NCBI GenBank assembly: GCA_963768055.1
Contig: CAVYGN010000001.1
Location: 1,344,001-1,408,000, forward strand
Length of the DNA stretch: 64,000 bases
DNA from: an uncultured Spirochaetota bacterium
GTDB taxonomy: Bacteria > Spirochaetota > Brevinematia > Brevinematales > JAOACQ01
Direction of reading: 5' to 3'
Positions 1 to 9,364 of the stretch are shown piece by piece (position 1 is the stretch's first letter; every line of letters starts with the position of its first letter). Position numbers and translations under genes: made by a program. The notes under the pieces are model-generated. The model searched no databases, was not told the DNA's origin, and was given only the letters and a program-made list of their open reading frames with translations.

Positions 1-11
1 AATACACCGAA

Positions 12-386
12 ATGTTTACAATGATCACCTGCGAACTTGCTGAAAACAGCATAAAATACGGGGATTTTAAAAATAATATCAATAAAATTGAAATCAACGT
101 CAAGATCATAGATAAAAGAATCTATATTTTAGTGAAGAACCCTGTAGGGGAATTTGCAAAGCCTTATCTCACGGAGCTTGATAAAACGATACAATGGGTG
201 CGGGGTTTCCAGGACCCTTATGAGGCGTACATAGAAAGATTGAAGGAAATCTCAATGGAACCGTTCGATAACAATAAAAGCGGCCTCGGGTTAGTAAGAA
301 TTTCTTATGAAGGGCGCGCGACATTAGACTTCTTCATTAATGAAGAAAAAATATTGAACGTCTCCGCCGTTTCATTAATTAAGTAA
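12..386 (+). CDS. SiaB-like / HATPase_c anti-sigma-type protein kinase (may start upstream of the window)
   Basis: N-box-like ELAENSIKYG and G-box-like SGLGLVRISYEG motifs; directly followed by a STAS/SiaC-like gene. Confidence 0.6.
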   Translation: MFTMITCELAENSIKYGDFKNNINKIEINVKIIDKRIYILVKNPVGEFAKPYLTELDKTIQWVRGFQDPYEAYIERLKEISMEPFDNNKSGLGLVRISYEGRATLDFFINEEKILNVSAVSLIK

Positions 387-405
387 TTGATTTTGGGGGA
401 ATTAT

Positions 406-780
406 ATGAGTTCGACAAACGAAACATTCACCAATGCCCAGCTACAGCTCGAAAGGTCTGAAGAAGGGAATTCCATTATCCTGCGCCTGCTCGGTAAGAG
501 CATTTTACGCAATCCCAATGAATTTATAATGCCTGTCCTGCTGGAAACCGTCACGAAGGCGGCGGAGCAAAAAAAACGATTAATTATCGATTTCAGCGAC
601 CTGGTTTATATGAACTCTTCCACCCTTTCCCCCTTTATAAAAATCCTGGAGAAAATCAGGATAGGCGATGGAGAGATCACATTGCTGTATAAAAAGGCAT
701 TGAAATGGCAGGATATATCGTTCTCGGCTCTGGTAATTTTTCAAACTAATGATAAAAGAATAGAGATCAAGGGGGTTTAA
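406..780 (+). CDS. SiaC (DUF1987)/STAS-like phosphoacceptor protein
   Basis: 124 aa; GKSILRNP and IDFSDLVYMNSSTL resemble the SiaC/anti-anti-sigma phosphorylation loop; RBS GGGGGA upstream. Confidence 0.6.
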   Translation: MSSTNETFTNAQLQLERSEEGNSIILRLLGKSILRNPNEFIMPVLLETVTKAAEQKKRLIIDFSDLVYMNSSTLSPFIKILEKIRIGDGEITLLYKKALKWQDISFSALVIFQTNDKRIEIKGV

Positions 781-781
781 A

Positions 782-2176
782 GTGGAAAATATTCCTAAAA
801 TATTTTCCGGTTTCCTTACTACAAAATCTGAAAAAGTTGAGATAGAAGCCCGATATGCGACTAAATATTCGGTTTTAATAGTTCTTAAGGAAAATATTAA
901 TATTGAAGAAATCGTTAATCTTGAACTGCAGGTTGAAAACAATCTTGTGCCGATAGGGCCATGCAGGATAATAATGGCAACAGAAAACAAGGGAAAAGTA
1001 TTCCATATTCTGCCTTCAACAAATATCCACAATTTTGAGAAACTTTTCTACCGCTCGAAGATAGAGAACCTTGAAGCGGATTCCTTGAGCCTGCCTCTAA
1101 TGATAGATTATAAAAATAAAATCAAGACCGAGTTTAAAGAATATGTTACAAATCTCACTTACGACCTCAGTATTTATACTTATTTACTGGGCCGGATGGA
1201 TATAGCTTCCAGAGACGAACCGGCCGAAGTAAAAAATTATATTCAGCAGGTCCTCATAAACGGAATGGGGGCTAACCTAAGGGTCTATCTTGAAAATTCA
1301 TTGTGGTCCCTTGAACAGATTGTTAAAAATTTCAGCGATGAAGAACATGAGCACCATGGTTTTTATTTCCGAAGGCAGCTCTGGTTCATGCTCCTCCAGG
1401 CCCCTATAATGGCAAGATCGAACCTTAAACCTCGAGGTTATAACGGGGATTCCGAGATGATGAGAATGATCTATCAAAACGATTACCTGGGTAACACGAC
1501 ATTCGGAAAAATACTTCATAAATTCTCTATGGATCAGCCCGCCGCCCAGTCGGTCCGCAACAGAAGGACTGAAATAGTAAAAAAGTATTATTCCGTCAGG
1601 CAAAACATTAAGGTCAATCCGGATGAAAAAATACGCATATTAACAGTCGCATGCGGTCCGGCGGTTGAAATAAGGGACATTTTAAAGTCAAAGGAAGATT
1701 GCGAGAGCCTGCATTTTTCCCTGCTCGACCAGGATGAAAAGGCCTTATCCGAAGCCGTTTCTTTAATCAATGTGGTTGAAAGGTCTTTTTTAACGAAAGT
1801 GTCCCTGGATATAATAAAAGAATCGGTCAGAATTATGCTCATTAATCCGGATTTTATAAACAGGTGGGGCAGTTTTCATTTTATCTATTCTATGGGCTTG
1901 TTCGATTATTTAACCGCCCCTGTTGCTTCCGCCGTCTTAAAAAAGTTATACGAATTGCTGACCCCTGGAGGCGAGATGGTGATAGGAAACCTGAATCCTT
2001 CAAACCCCAGCCGGCGTTTTATGGAATACTGGCATGACTGGAAAATTATATACCGGACTGAGGATGAGTTTTTAGAACTGGCGAATGAGATTCAAGGCGG
2101 GGAATGCAATATCGAATTTGATGAAACAAAAATACAAATGCTCTTATGCATCAAAAAAGGGAAATCAAATGAGTAA
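782..2176 (+). CDS. Class I SAM-dependent methyltransferase, PhcB-like (3-OH fatty acid methyl ester signal synthase family)
   Basis: KPRGYNGDSEMM, PAAQSVRNR, motif I ILTVACGPA, LLDQD, YSMGLFDYL and LTPGGEMVIGN; 464 aa. Confidence 0.65.
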   Translation: MENIPKIFSGFLTTKSEKVEIEARYATKYSVLIVLKENINIEEIVNLELQVENNLVPIGPCRIIMATENKGKVFHILPSTNIHNFEKLFYRSKIENLEADSLSLPLMIDYKNKIKTEFKEYVTNLTYDLSIYTYLLGRMDIASRDEPAEVKNYIQQVLINGMGANLRVYLENSLWSLEQIVKNFSDEEHEHHGFYFRRQLWFMLLQAPIMARSNLKPRGYNGDSEMMRMIYQNDYLGNTTFGKILHKFSMDQPAAQSVRNRRTEIVKKYYSVRQNIKVNPDEKIRILTVACGPAVEIRDILKSKEDCESLHFSLLDQDEKALSEAVSLINVVERSFLTKVSLDIIKESVRIMLINPDFINRWGSFHFIYSMGLFDYLTAPVASAVLKKLYELLTPGGEMVIGNLNPSNPSRRFMEYWHDWKIIYRTEDEFLELANEIQGGECNIEFDETKIQMLLCIKKGKSNE

Positions 2177-3629
2177 TGGTAAAATCAAATTGAATTTACG
2201 GCGTTTTTTCTCCGACAGCCGCATCGAGCAACTGTCTTTAGAGGCGATTGAATCGGGCGATTTTCATTCCTACCAGACGGTCATAATGCATGACTGGCTC
2301 CAGACGCTTACAGCCCTGGCGGTCGTTCTTGTCCCCGCTTTCTTTCTGCTTGACGTCTTCATGATGCCTGAGAGCAGCTTCCTGCCTTTATTTGCCTTAT
2401 ACAGGGGCATTTCGGCTTTACTGGTAATAATCCAGGTGATTATAATTCGCAATACAAGGCCCGGACGCCTTTCATACTTTCATGGTTATTTTATTACCCT
2501 TCAGATAGGATTTATAATCAGCTTAATGACAAATAATCTGGGGGGATTCGACTCAAGCTATTATGCCGGCTTGAATCTAGTCATTATAGGGGTAAATTTA
2601 TTGATGCCCTGGAAAGCCTACCATACCGGAATAAATTCCCTGATAATATTATTGATGTATATTTCAATAAATCTCCTGTCGCCCCACGTTTTTTCTACCC
2701 ATTACCTAATCAATAATCTATCCTTCCTTGTTTCGACTTCTATTTTAGCGATCAGCATCAATTTTGTCCGTTATATTCTCATTAAGAAAGAATTCAACCT
2801 CCTCGTCGAATTAAAAAAGGCTAAAGACGCTCTATGGAGCGAGATCGAACTCGCGAAAAGAATTCAAATGGCGCTGCTTCCTCAGCTTAAACAGCTTACA
2901 GGTTTTCATGTAGCCGATATCATGATCCCGGCAAAAGATGTGGGCGGCGATTATTACGATATTATAGAAACCGAACGCGGCCAGAGATGGGTGGCGATCG
3001 GAGACGTTGCGGGACATGGCGTGGATTCGGGTCTTATAATGATGATGGCCCAGACGACGATAATGACACTGATCAAAGGGAACCGGGCCATGAAAATAAC
3101 GGATATACTTAACGAAACCAATAATGTTTTAAGAGAGGATATCTCCAGGCTCGGTTCGAATCATTATATGACCCTTATGCTGTTGAACCTTGAAGACAAT
3201 AAAATAACTGTTGCGGGCCATCATCAGGATCTTTTATTATATCATGCCAGAGAAAATAAAATCGAGGTGATCGAAACCAATGGAACATGGCTTGGAATTA
3301 CCGATAATATAAGCGGCTATATGGAAATAAAAACTTTCAATATAAAAGAAGGCGATACTATACTTTTATTCACGGACGGGGCTACGGAAAGAATAAATGA
3401 AAACGGTGAAATGTACGGCCAGGAAAGGCTTATGGAAACATTCTGCAAATACGCCCCCCTGCCGGTTGAAAAAACGCTTGAACTCCTTCTTTCAGATATT
3501 CAGTCGTTTCAGATAGACCAGGAAGACGATATTACCCTTATTATATTAAAAAAGGAAACTTCCGGGGATGACAAAGCCAACCGGATGAGCATAAAAAAGA
3601 AACGGCCGGCTCGAAAAAGTCATAAATAA
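2169..3629 (+). CDS. Membrane sensor fused to a SpoIIE/PP2C Ser/Thr phosphatase (SiaA/RsbU-like)
   Basis: About six TM helices including GGFDSSYYAGLNLV, then a coiled coil and PP2C motifs VGGDYYD, IGDVAGHG, FTDG and DDIT; ATG at 2169 overlaps the upstream stop. Confidence 0.8.
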   Translation: MSNGKIKLNLRRFFSDSRIEQLSLEAIESGDFHSYQTVIMHDWLQTLTALAVVLVPAFFLLDVFMMPESSFLPLFALYRGISALLVIIQVIIIRNTRPGRLSYFHGYFITLQIGFIISLMTNNLGGFDSSYYAGLNLVIIGVNLLMPWKAYHTGINSLIILLMYISINLLSPHVFSTHYLINNLSFLVSTSILAISINFVRYILIKKEFNLLVELKKAKDALWSEIELAKRIQMALLPQLKQLTGFHVADIMIPAKDVGGDYYDIIETERGQRWVAIGDVAGHGVDSGLIMMMAQTTIMTLIKGNRAMKITDILNETNNVLREDISRLGSNHYMTLMLLNLEDNKITVAGHHQDLLLYHARENKIEVIETNGTWLGITDNISGYMEIKTFNIKEGDTILLFTDGATERINENGEMYGQERLMETFCKYAPLPVEKTLELLLSDIQSFQIDQEDDITLIILKKETSGDDKANRMSIKKKRPARKSHK

Positions 3630-3691
3630 ATGGAGGTGTCACGCATGACCAGTACTACTTGCGATCCTTTCGACCAGACAAAAGAGGTTTT

Positions 3692-4099
3692 ATGAATATC
3701 TTTGAAGCGATAAGGGATGAAAGCATAGAAAAGGTAAAAGAAGCGATAGAAAACGGAGCTGACATCAACGAAAAAGATCCCGACGGCATGTCGGTATTAA
3801 TGAAAATAATCGATTCAAATAATTTCGATAACCGCATTGAAGCCGTAAAACTGCTGATAGACAAGGGTGTTTTAATTAATGAAAAGAATCCGCTTGGGTG
3901 GACTGCCCTGGCTTTCGCTTCGAAAAACAATCTGCTGGAGATCGCCGAGCTGCTGATCATTAGCGGAGCCGATGTGAAAGCAAACGGTATTTATAACGGG
4001 GACGAGGGAAGCATTACCGGCAATATAGCGTTTCTCTGCGCCATTTATAACAGGAACGATGAAATGAAAAAACTGCTTAGCGATCATGGAGCAAAATAA
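3692..4099 (+). CDS. Ankyrin repeat protein
   Basis: GADIN..D..GMSVL and GWTALAFA...LIISGADV repeats; RBS AGAGG before ATG 3692. Confidence 0.8.
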   Translation: MNIFEAIRDESIEKVKEAIENGADINEKDPDGMSVLMKIIDSNNFDNRIEAVKLLIDKGVLINEKNPLGWTALAFASKNNLLEIAELLIISGADVKANGIYNGDEGSITGNIAFLCAIYNRNDEMKKLLSDHGAK

Positions 4100-4322
4100 A
4101 ATTCTTACAATCCCTATTCCATCGGTGAAATAATCAGATTGACACAAAAAAAAGAGCTTGTTCTTGCAGAAAATAATTTAATTAACTATAATATTACCGT
4201 TATTTATAGCAAATACGCTTTAGCATCATGATTTGACGAAAAATATTTCAATCGGACAAAAATTAAATAAATAGTAATTAATAAATGATTTTGTTGAAGG
4301 GGGTTGTATATAAAAAAGGGGG

Positions 4323-5585
4323 ATGTTTCCTATGTCGTTAAAGCAGATCATACCGTTCCTTATCCTAGGGCTTTTCTTCAGTTGCGGCCCCAGTAAAAGC
4401 GATACTGTTTTAAACAGTCTGACCAACAAGGACAAAGCCACGATATTGAACAAAAAAGGCGTATCGATGTACAAAACTATGGTGGATAACGGCGACCTGA
4501 AAAGCGCGCCGGACGTGAAAAACATTTTCCAGCAGGCGCTGGAATTTGATCCGAAGAACAGCGACTCGCTTTCGTATATTGCAAAAGTAGATAAGTTTGT
4601 CAGCAGTTTCATCGACAAATATATCAACGCCGCTAAAGCAAATATGAACAAGAAGAAAAGAACGGATGCCGACGATTACGCTCTTTGCACCACTCTTCAA
4701 AAAGCAGGGACAATAGATCCGAACAACAAGGATTTAATCGTCTTAAAGGATAGTTCAAAAGATATCCGTGAAAAATTCGCGAAAAAAATGCAGTCTTCCG
4801 GAGACGCCGCCCTTACCGCCTCGAAAACTTCAAAAAACAAGGATGCCCAGGAAAAGCAGGTGTTCAAGGCTATTCAGTTTTATAATATGGGCCTGGCCGC
4901 CTCCACCGGGCAGGATTCGTCTCTTAATTCCAAAAAGTCCGAAGCCGTGGGCATTATTTCAACCAAAATCGATTCCATGTTAAGCGATGCAAGAGCTCTG
5001 GTAAACTCTAAAAAATACAAGGACGCGGATGCGCTCGCCAGGAAAATCGTTCCCTACAATCTTGCCGCCGACCATAAATATGACGACCAGATAAAAAAAC
5101 TTCAATACGATATCAATTTTGCTTGGGCAGGCCAGCTTTTCGATTCCGGAAAGCTGGATGCCGCTTCCGATAAAATAGATGCGGCTGTACGCTACAACAA
5201 AACGGACGAGGCTGTCGCCCTCCAGGCCAAGATTCAGGAAAAAAAGGATAAAGCGGATATCGCCGCCTCCTTCCCCGCATGGGTGGAAAATATCGACGAA
5301 CTCATATCCCGGATGGATTTTTATACCGCTACGCAGAAAATCAATTATATAGAGGCCAGGTTAAAGGACGAGCCGAGAAAGGCGCAGCTTGAGGCAAGGA
5401 AAAAAAGGATGCTTGGCCAGGTTGAAACTCTTTATAAAACGGCAGTCGATAATTTCGTTAATGAGAATTATGACGATGCCGTTAGCCAGTTCCAAGGCGT
5501 TCTGGCGGTCTCGCCGGGTTATAAGGATTCCGACAATTACCTGCAGGAAGCCAAATCCAAGGAAAAGATCCTGAAATCTTATTAA
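4323..5585 (+). CDS. TPR-like helical lipoprotein
   Basis: Signal peptide with lipobox FFSC; TPR-like segments ALEFDPKN and VLAVSPGYKDS. Confidence 0.6.
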   Translation: MFPMSLKQIIPFLILGLFFSCGPSKSDTVLNSLTNKDKATILNKKGVSMYKTMVDNGDLKSAPDVKNIFQQALEFDPKNSDSLSYIAKVDKFVSSFIDKYINAAKANMNKKKRTDADDYALCTTLQKAGTIDPNNKDLIVLKDSSKDIREKFAKKMQSSGDAALTASKTSKNKDAQEKQVFKAIQFYNMGLAASTGQDSSLNSKKSEAVGIISTKIDSMLSDARALVNSKKYKDADALARKIVPYNLAADHKYDDQIKKLQYDINFAWAGQLFDSGKLDAASDKIDAAVRYNKTDEAVALQAKIQEKKDKADIAASFPAWVENIDELISRMDFYTATQKINYIEARLKDEPRKAQLEARKKRMLGQVETLYKTAVDNFVNENYDDAVSQFQGVLAVSPGYKDSDNYLQEAKSKEKILKSY

Positions 5586-5597
5586 AGGAAGATATAT

Positions 5598-7757
5598 ATG
5601 TCTGAAAAACAACAAATCTGGTTATTCCTTATATTAGATATAACTGTTTATACCATTTTAATAATCTGGCTGTTTCTGCCTCTTATTTTCCCGGCTTCAC
5701 CAATAAAACTTCAACTGATGAAACTTACATCTAACCCCATCATGTTTAAGGAAGCGACAGGACTTTCAGGTTTGGCCTTTTATTACGCGTCGTTTCTCAT
5801 TTATCTTATTCCTTTAGCGTTAATATATAAAATATTCTCGATCTTTTTAAAGGAAAAATATCAGGTCTTTTTCAATCCTTTCAATTATTTCTCGTTTCTG
5901 ATCAATTTTATCCTTTCGGGGCTGGTCCTTGCTTACATTGTCATTTTTATTATGAACAACGCGGGCAGTCTCCAATATTTGAAAACATTCGATATTTTTA
6001 CGGATATTATCATTGCCGTATTGATTGCTTTCAGCATTCTTCAGCCCTTCCACACGATCGATAAATTCAGGGGGTTATCGGCTTCTTACCGCAAATACCT
6101 GGAATTGACGCTTGCATACTCCGATAAGAAAGACAGCAGAGAGCTTCCCAAACAAATGAACGGAGTCGGAATTCTGCCTAAACTCTTCGTATCTTTTATC
6201 GTAGCAATCGCAATGATCATTATTTTCTTAAGCGTTATCCTTTTAGCCGGTTTCAAGAACACCATCCAGGAATCCGTAATAGCGACCGGTTCGATGCTTG
6301 CGGACCAGAGCGTAAGTTATATCAAGGATAATCTCAGCAAGGAAAAATTGTTCTTTATCAATTCCTACCTTAAAAAGGAGGCGATAAAAAACAAGGATTC
6401 GGCGCTGGCCTTCGATTCCCTGTCCTGGTATAACGAGGATCCTAAACTGGGCAAGTACAATATTAAGCTTTCCACCGATGACAGGCTCGTCGGAAAAGAG
6501 ATATCCCCGGAATATGAGTCGATTGAAGATCCTACGCCGAGTTATGATAAAATCAGCCAGACTTTCAACATCGTTGCGCCGATAAAAGTGAGCACCAAAA
6601 AAATCGGGTTTTCCGTCGTGCAATACAAGGAATCTGAAATATATAAAACATATTATAAAACCCAGCTGAGTGTCGCATTTTTTGCACTAATGATTATTTA
6701 TCTCGCGGTGATAATGGTCTATTTTATCGGAAGCAACATCGTCCTGCCGATAATACTTCTGCAGTACGGGGTAAAAAGGATAGGATCGACTCTTTCCGCT
6801 ATGATTAGAGGTACGGAAAAGGTCCAGGTTGCGGCCCTTCAATATGATAACCAGGTAAAAACCAAAGACGAGATACAGGCATTATCCTATGAGGTCAACA
6901 GCATGGTAACGGTCATAAAAGGAATCATTCCGTATATTTCAGCCTCGACGCTCCAGCATTCGGACAGGGGAGAAATAACATCCGTGATCAAGCATCTCAC
7001 TTTCCTTTTTACAGATATCCGAGGTTTCACGAGCATGAGCGAAGGCAAATCCCCTGATGAAGTCGTCCAGATCCTTAATCATTATCTCGACCTGCAGACA
7101 CAGATCATACTTGACAACTTCGGCGACATAGATAAATTTGTCGGCGATGAGGTGATGGCGGTTTTCGACGGGGAAGAAAAGGAAAAAAATGCCGCAAAGG
7201 CATGCCTGGCTATCATCCTGGCTATGCAGGAGGAAAAGGAAAAAAGGGAGGCGGAAAAACTGCCCGTTGTAGATATCGGCATCGGCATCAATTCGGGCGA
7301 AGCGGTCTTCGGAAGCATGGGGGCTCGCGAAAGAATGGACTTTACCTGCATCGGCGACAATGTCAATCTGGCGGCCAGGCTCGAAGGGGCTAACAAAGCC
7401 TATAAATCCAAGTGCCTTGTAACGGAAAGCGTTTATATAAAGATAAAAGACGATTTTCTGTGCCGCGAGATCGATTTTATGACCGTCAAAGGCAAGAAGG
7501 AGCCTGTAAGGATTTTTGAAATTCTCCATGAAACAGGCGCTCACGATAAAAAATACGGGGAATTAATAGAACATTTTGAAAAGGGGCTGCGGCTCTATCG
7601 CGAGGCTAAATGGGACGAGGCTCTTTCGGTCTTCAAGAACCTGATTACTAAATACCAGGACGGCCCGAGCACCGTATTTTCTGACCGCTGCCTTATTTTC
7701 AAGAAAAACCCGCCGCCTGCGGATTGGGACGGGGTCTTCAGCCTGGAAACAAAATAA
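5598..7757 (+). CDS. Membrane class III adenylate/guanylate cyclase with HAMP-like linker and C-terminal TPR-like tail
   Basis: FLFTDIRGFT, DKFVGDEVMAVF, GDNVNLAARLE and VKGK motifs; several TM helices; PPADWDGV terminus. Confidence 0.9.
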   Translation: MSEKQQIWLFLILDITVYTILIIWLFLPLIFPASPIKLQLMKLTSNPIMFKEATGLSGLAFYYASFLIYLIPLALIYKIFSIFLKEKYQVFFNPFNYFSFLINFILSGLVLAYIVIFIMNNAGSLQYLKTFDIFTDIIIAVLIAFSILQPFHTIDKFRGLSASYRKYLELTLAYSDKKDSRELPKQMNGVGILPKLFVSFIVAIAMIIIFLSVILLAGFKNTIQESVIATGSMLADQSVSYIKDNLSKEKLFFINSYLKKEAIKNKDSALAFDSLSWYNEDPKLGKYNIKLSTDDRLVGKEISPEYESIEDPTPSYDKISQTFNIVAPIKVSTKKIGFSVVQYKESEIYKTYYKTQLSVAFFALMIIYLAVIMVYFIGSNIVLPIILLQYGVKRIGSTLSAMIRGTEKVQVAALQYDNQVKTKDEIQALSYEVNSMVTVIKGIIPYISASTLQHSDRGEITSVIKHLTFLFTDIRGFTSMSEGKSPDEVVQILNHYLDLQTQIILDNFGDIDKFVGDEVMAVFDGEEKEKNAAKACLAIILAMQEEKEKREAEKLPVVDIGIGINSGEAVFGSMGARERMDFTCIGDNVNLAARLEGANKAYKSKCLVTESVYIKIKDDFLCREIDFMTVKGKKEPVRIFEILHETGAHDKKYGELIEHFEKGLRLYREAKWDEALSVFKNLITKYQDGPSTVFSDRCLIFKKNPPPADWDGVFSLETK

Positions 7758-7765
7758 GATTCAAT

Positions 7766-7876
7766 TTAATCCGCCTCGACTTTGACGACCCCCTCTTTTT
7801 TCAGGGCTTCTTCGATCGTGTTTTCACAGTGATGGCATGTCATTCCCTCGATTTTAAAAATCTTACGGATATTCAT
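7766..7876 (-). pseudogene. Truncated CopZ-like heavy-metal-associated (HMA) protein, 36 aa
   Basis: Manual translation MNIRKIFKIEGMTCHHCENTIEEALKKEGVVKVEAD*, with GMTCxxC motif and RBS AAGGAG; about half the length of an HMA domain. Confidence 0.7.
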
Positions 7877-7879
7877 TAA

Positions 7880-8060
7880 TTAACTCCTTTTTTCATAATT
7901 TTTACCGAGTTTAATTCTCTTAGGCGAGAGAGAATTGGTTACAACCCTCAAAAACAAAACTTCCGTTCTGGTTAAGAGTGGCTCCAATAACTGCGGAACC
8001 TGTCTTTTCTCGACAGGTATGCTTTCACCAGTCACCACGATTTCATCGAAAGATTTGACC
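7880..8060 (-). pseudogene. Fragmented remnant of a P1B-type (CopA-like) ATPase
   Basis: Pieces in different frames: DEIVVTGESIPVEK, GSAVIGATLNQNGSFVF and VVTNSLSPKRIKL. Confidence 0.65.
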
Positions 8061-8102
8061 AGCCGAGCCGATCAAGTTTAATATTATAAGAGGATAATTA
8101 AG

Positions 8103-9311
8103 ATGAATAACGTTAAACGGCTTATATTGCTTATTTCAATAATGGCCGGAGTATCTGTTACGGTTACAGTTTTAACCGTATTCATTCTTTATAACGCATC
8201 TTTGAACGAAGATAAAAAAAGCTTGTGGGAACTTGCCGTCAGCCAGGCTTATCTGATAGAATCCATGTTGTTTTTTCTTATTGTTCCGGGAGCTTTTCTC
8301 TTCATGAAAATCACGAACCCTATGATAAGAAAAATTAATGATACAAATATAATGCTTGAAGATGAGATTGAAAAGCGAAAAGGCACACAGGAAGAGCTTG
8401 ATAAAACCCTTTCCGAATTAAGGCGTTCGAATAAGGACCTTGAACAGTTCGCCTACATCGCTTCGCATGACCTCCAGGAACCGATGAGAATGGTCTCAAG
8501 CTATACGAAACTGCTATCGGACAGGTACAGGGGAAAACTCGATAACGACACAAAGCAATTTATGGATTTTGCAATAGACGGCGCAAACAGGATGCAGGAA
8601 CTCATGAGCGGCCTCCTGACATATTCAAGGGTTGAAACAAGGAATCGCGTTCTTGTCAAAATCGACTGCAATAATATCATGGATCAGGTAAAAAAGAACC
8701 TCGCCATTATGATAGAAGAATCGAACGCTGAAATCTCCTCCGGGGACCTTCCGGAAATCTACTATGACGGCGTACAGCTTTTGCAGCTTTTGCAGAACCT
8801 TATATGCAACGCGATAAAATACCATAGCAGCGAACCTCCGAAAGTATATGTATCGGCAATTGAAGGAAATAATGAATGGACATTCTCAGTGAGGGACAAC
8901 GGGATAGGAATAGACCCCCGGCATTTCGAAAAAATATTCATAATTTTCCAGAGGCTTCACAGGCAGGATGAATACCAGGGAACAGGGATCGGCCTTTCAA
9001 TATGCAAAAAGATTGCTGAACGCTTCGGCGGGCGCATCTGGGTTGAATCTGAGCCCGGTAAAGGTTCGATATTCTATTTTACTATTCCAAAAGTAAACGC
9101 TGCTGAAATCATTCCTCCGCCTCCGGATGTTTTAAAAATGCTATATGATATGTCGAAAAGATGCGATATCACGGGCATCAGAAAATATATAGAAAAGAAT
9201 GAATCCGCCAACCCTGAATTTCTGCCCTTTTTCTCAATTCTGAAACCTCTTGCAAAAAATATCGATTTTAAACAAATTCAGGAATTGATCTCAAGATATT
9301 TTCAACGATGA
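8103..9311 (+). CDS. Sensor histidine kinase (HisKA + HATPase_c)
   Basis: H-box FAYIASHDLQEP, N-box NLICNAIKY, DNGIGID, GTGIGLSIC and GSIFYFTIP. Confidence 0.9.
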   Translation: MNNVKRLILLISIMAGVSVTVTVLTVFILYNASLNEDKKSLWELAVSQAYLIESMLFFLIVPGAFLFMKITNPMIRKINDTNIMLEDEIEKRKGTQEELDKTLSELRRSNKDLEQFAYIASHDLQEPMRMVSSYTKLLSDRYRGKLDNDTKQFMDFAIDGANRMQELMSGLLTYSRVETRNRVLVKIDCNNIMDQVKKNLAIMIEESNAEISSGDLPEIYYDGVQLLQLLQNLICNAIKYHSSEPPKVYVSAIEGNNEWTFSVRDNGIGIDPRHFEKIFIIFQRLHRQDEYQGTGIGLSICKKIAERFGGRIWVESEPGKGSIFYFTIPKVNAAEIIPPPPDVLKMLYDMSKRCDITGIRKYIEKNESANPEFLPFFSILKPLAKNIDFKQIQELISRYFQR

Positions 9312-9364
9312 AGCCGCCCATAAAATCCATTTTCACTATGGCGGCGGTTATTTCTCCGCTCACA

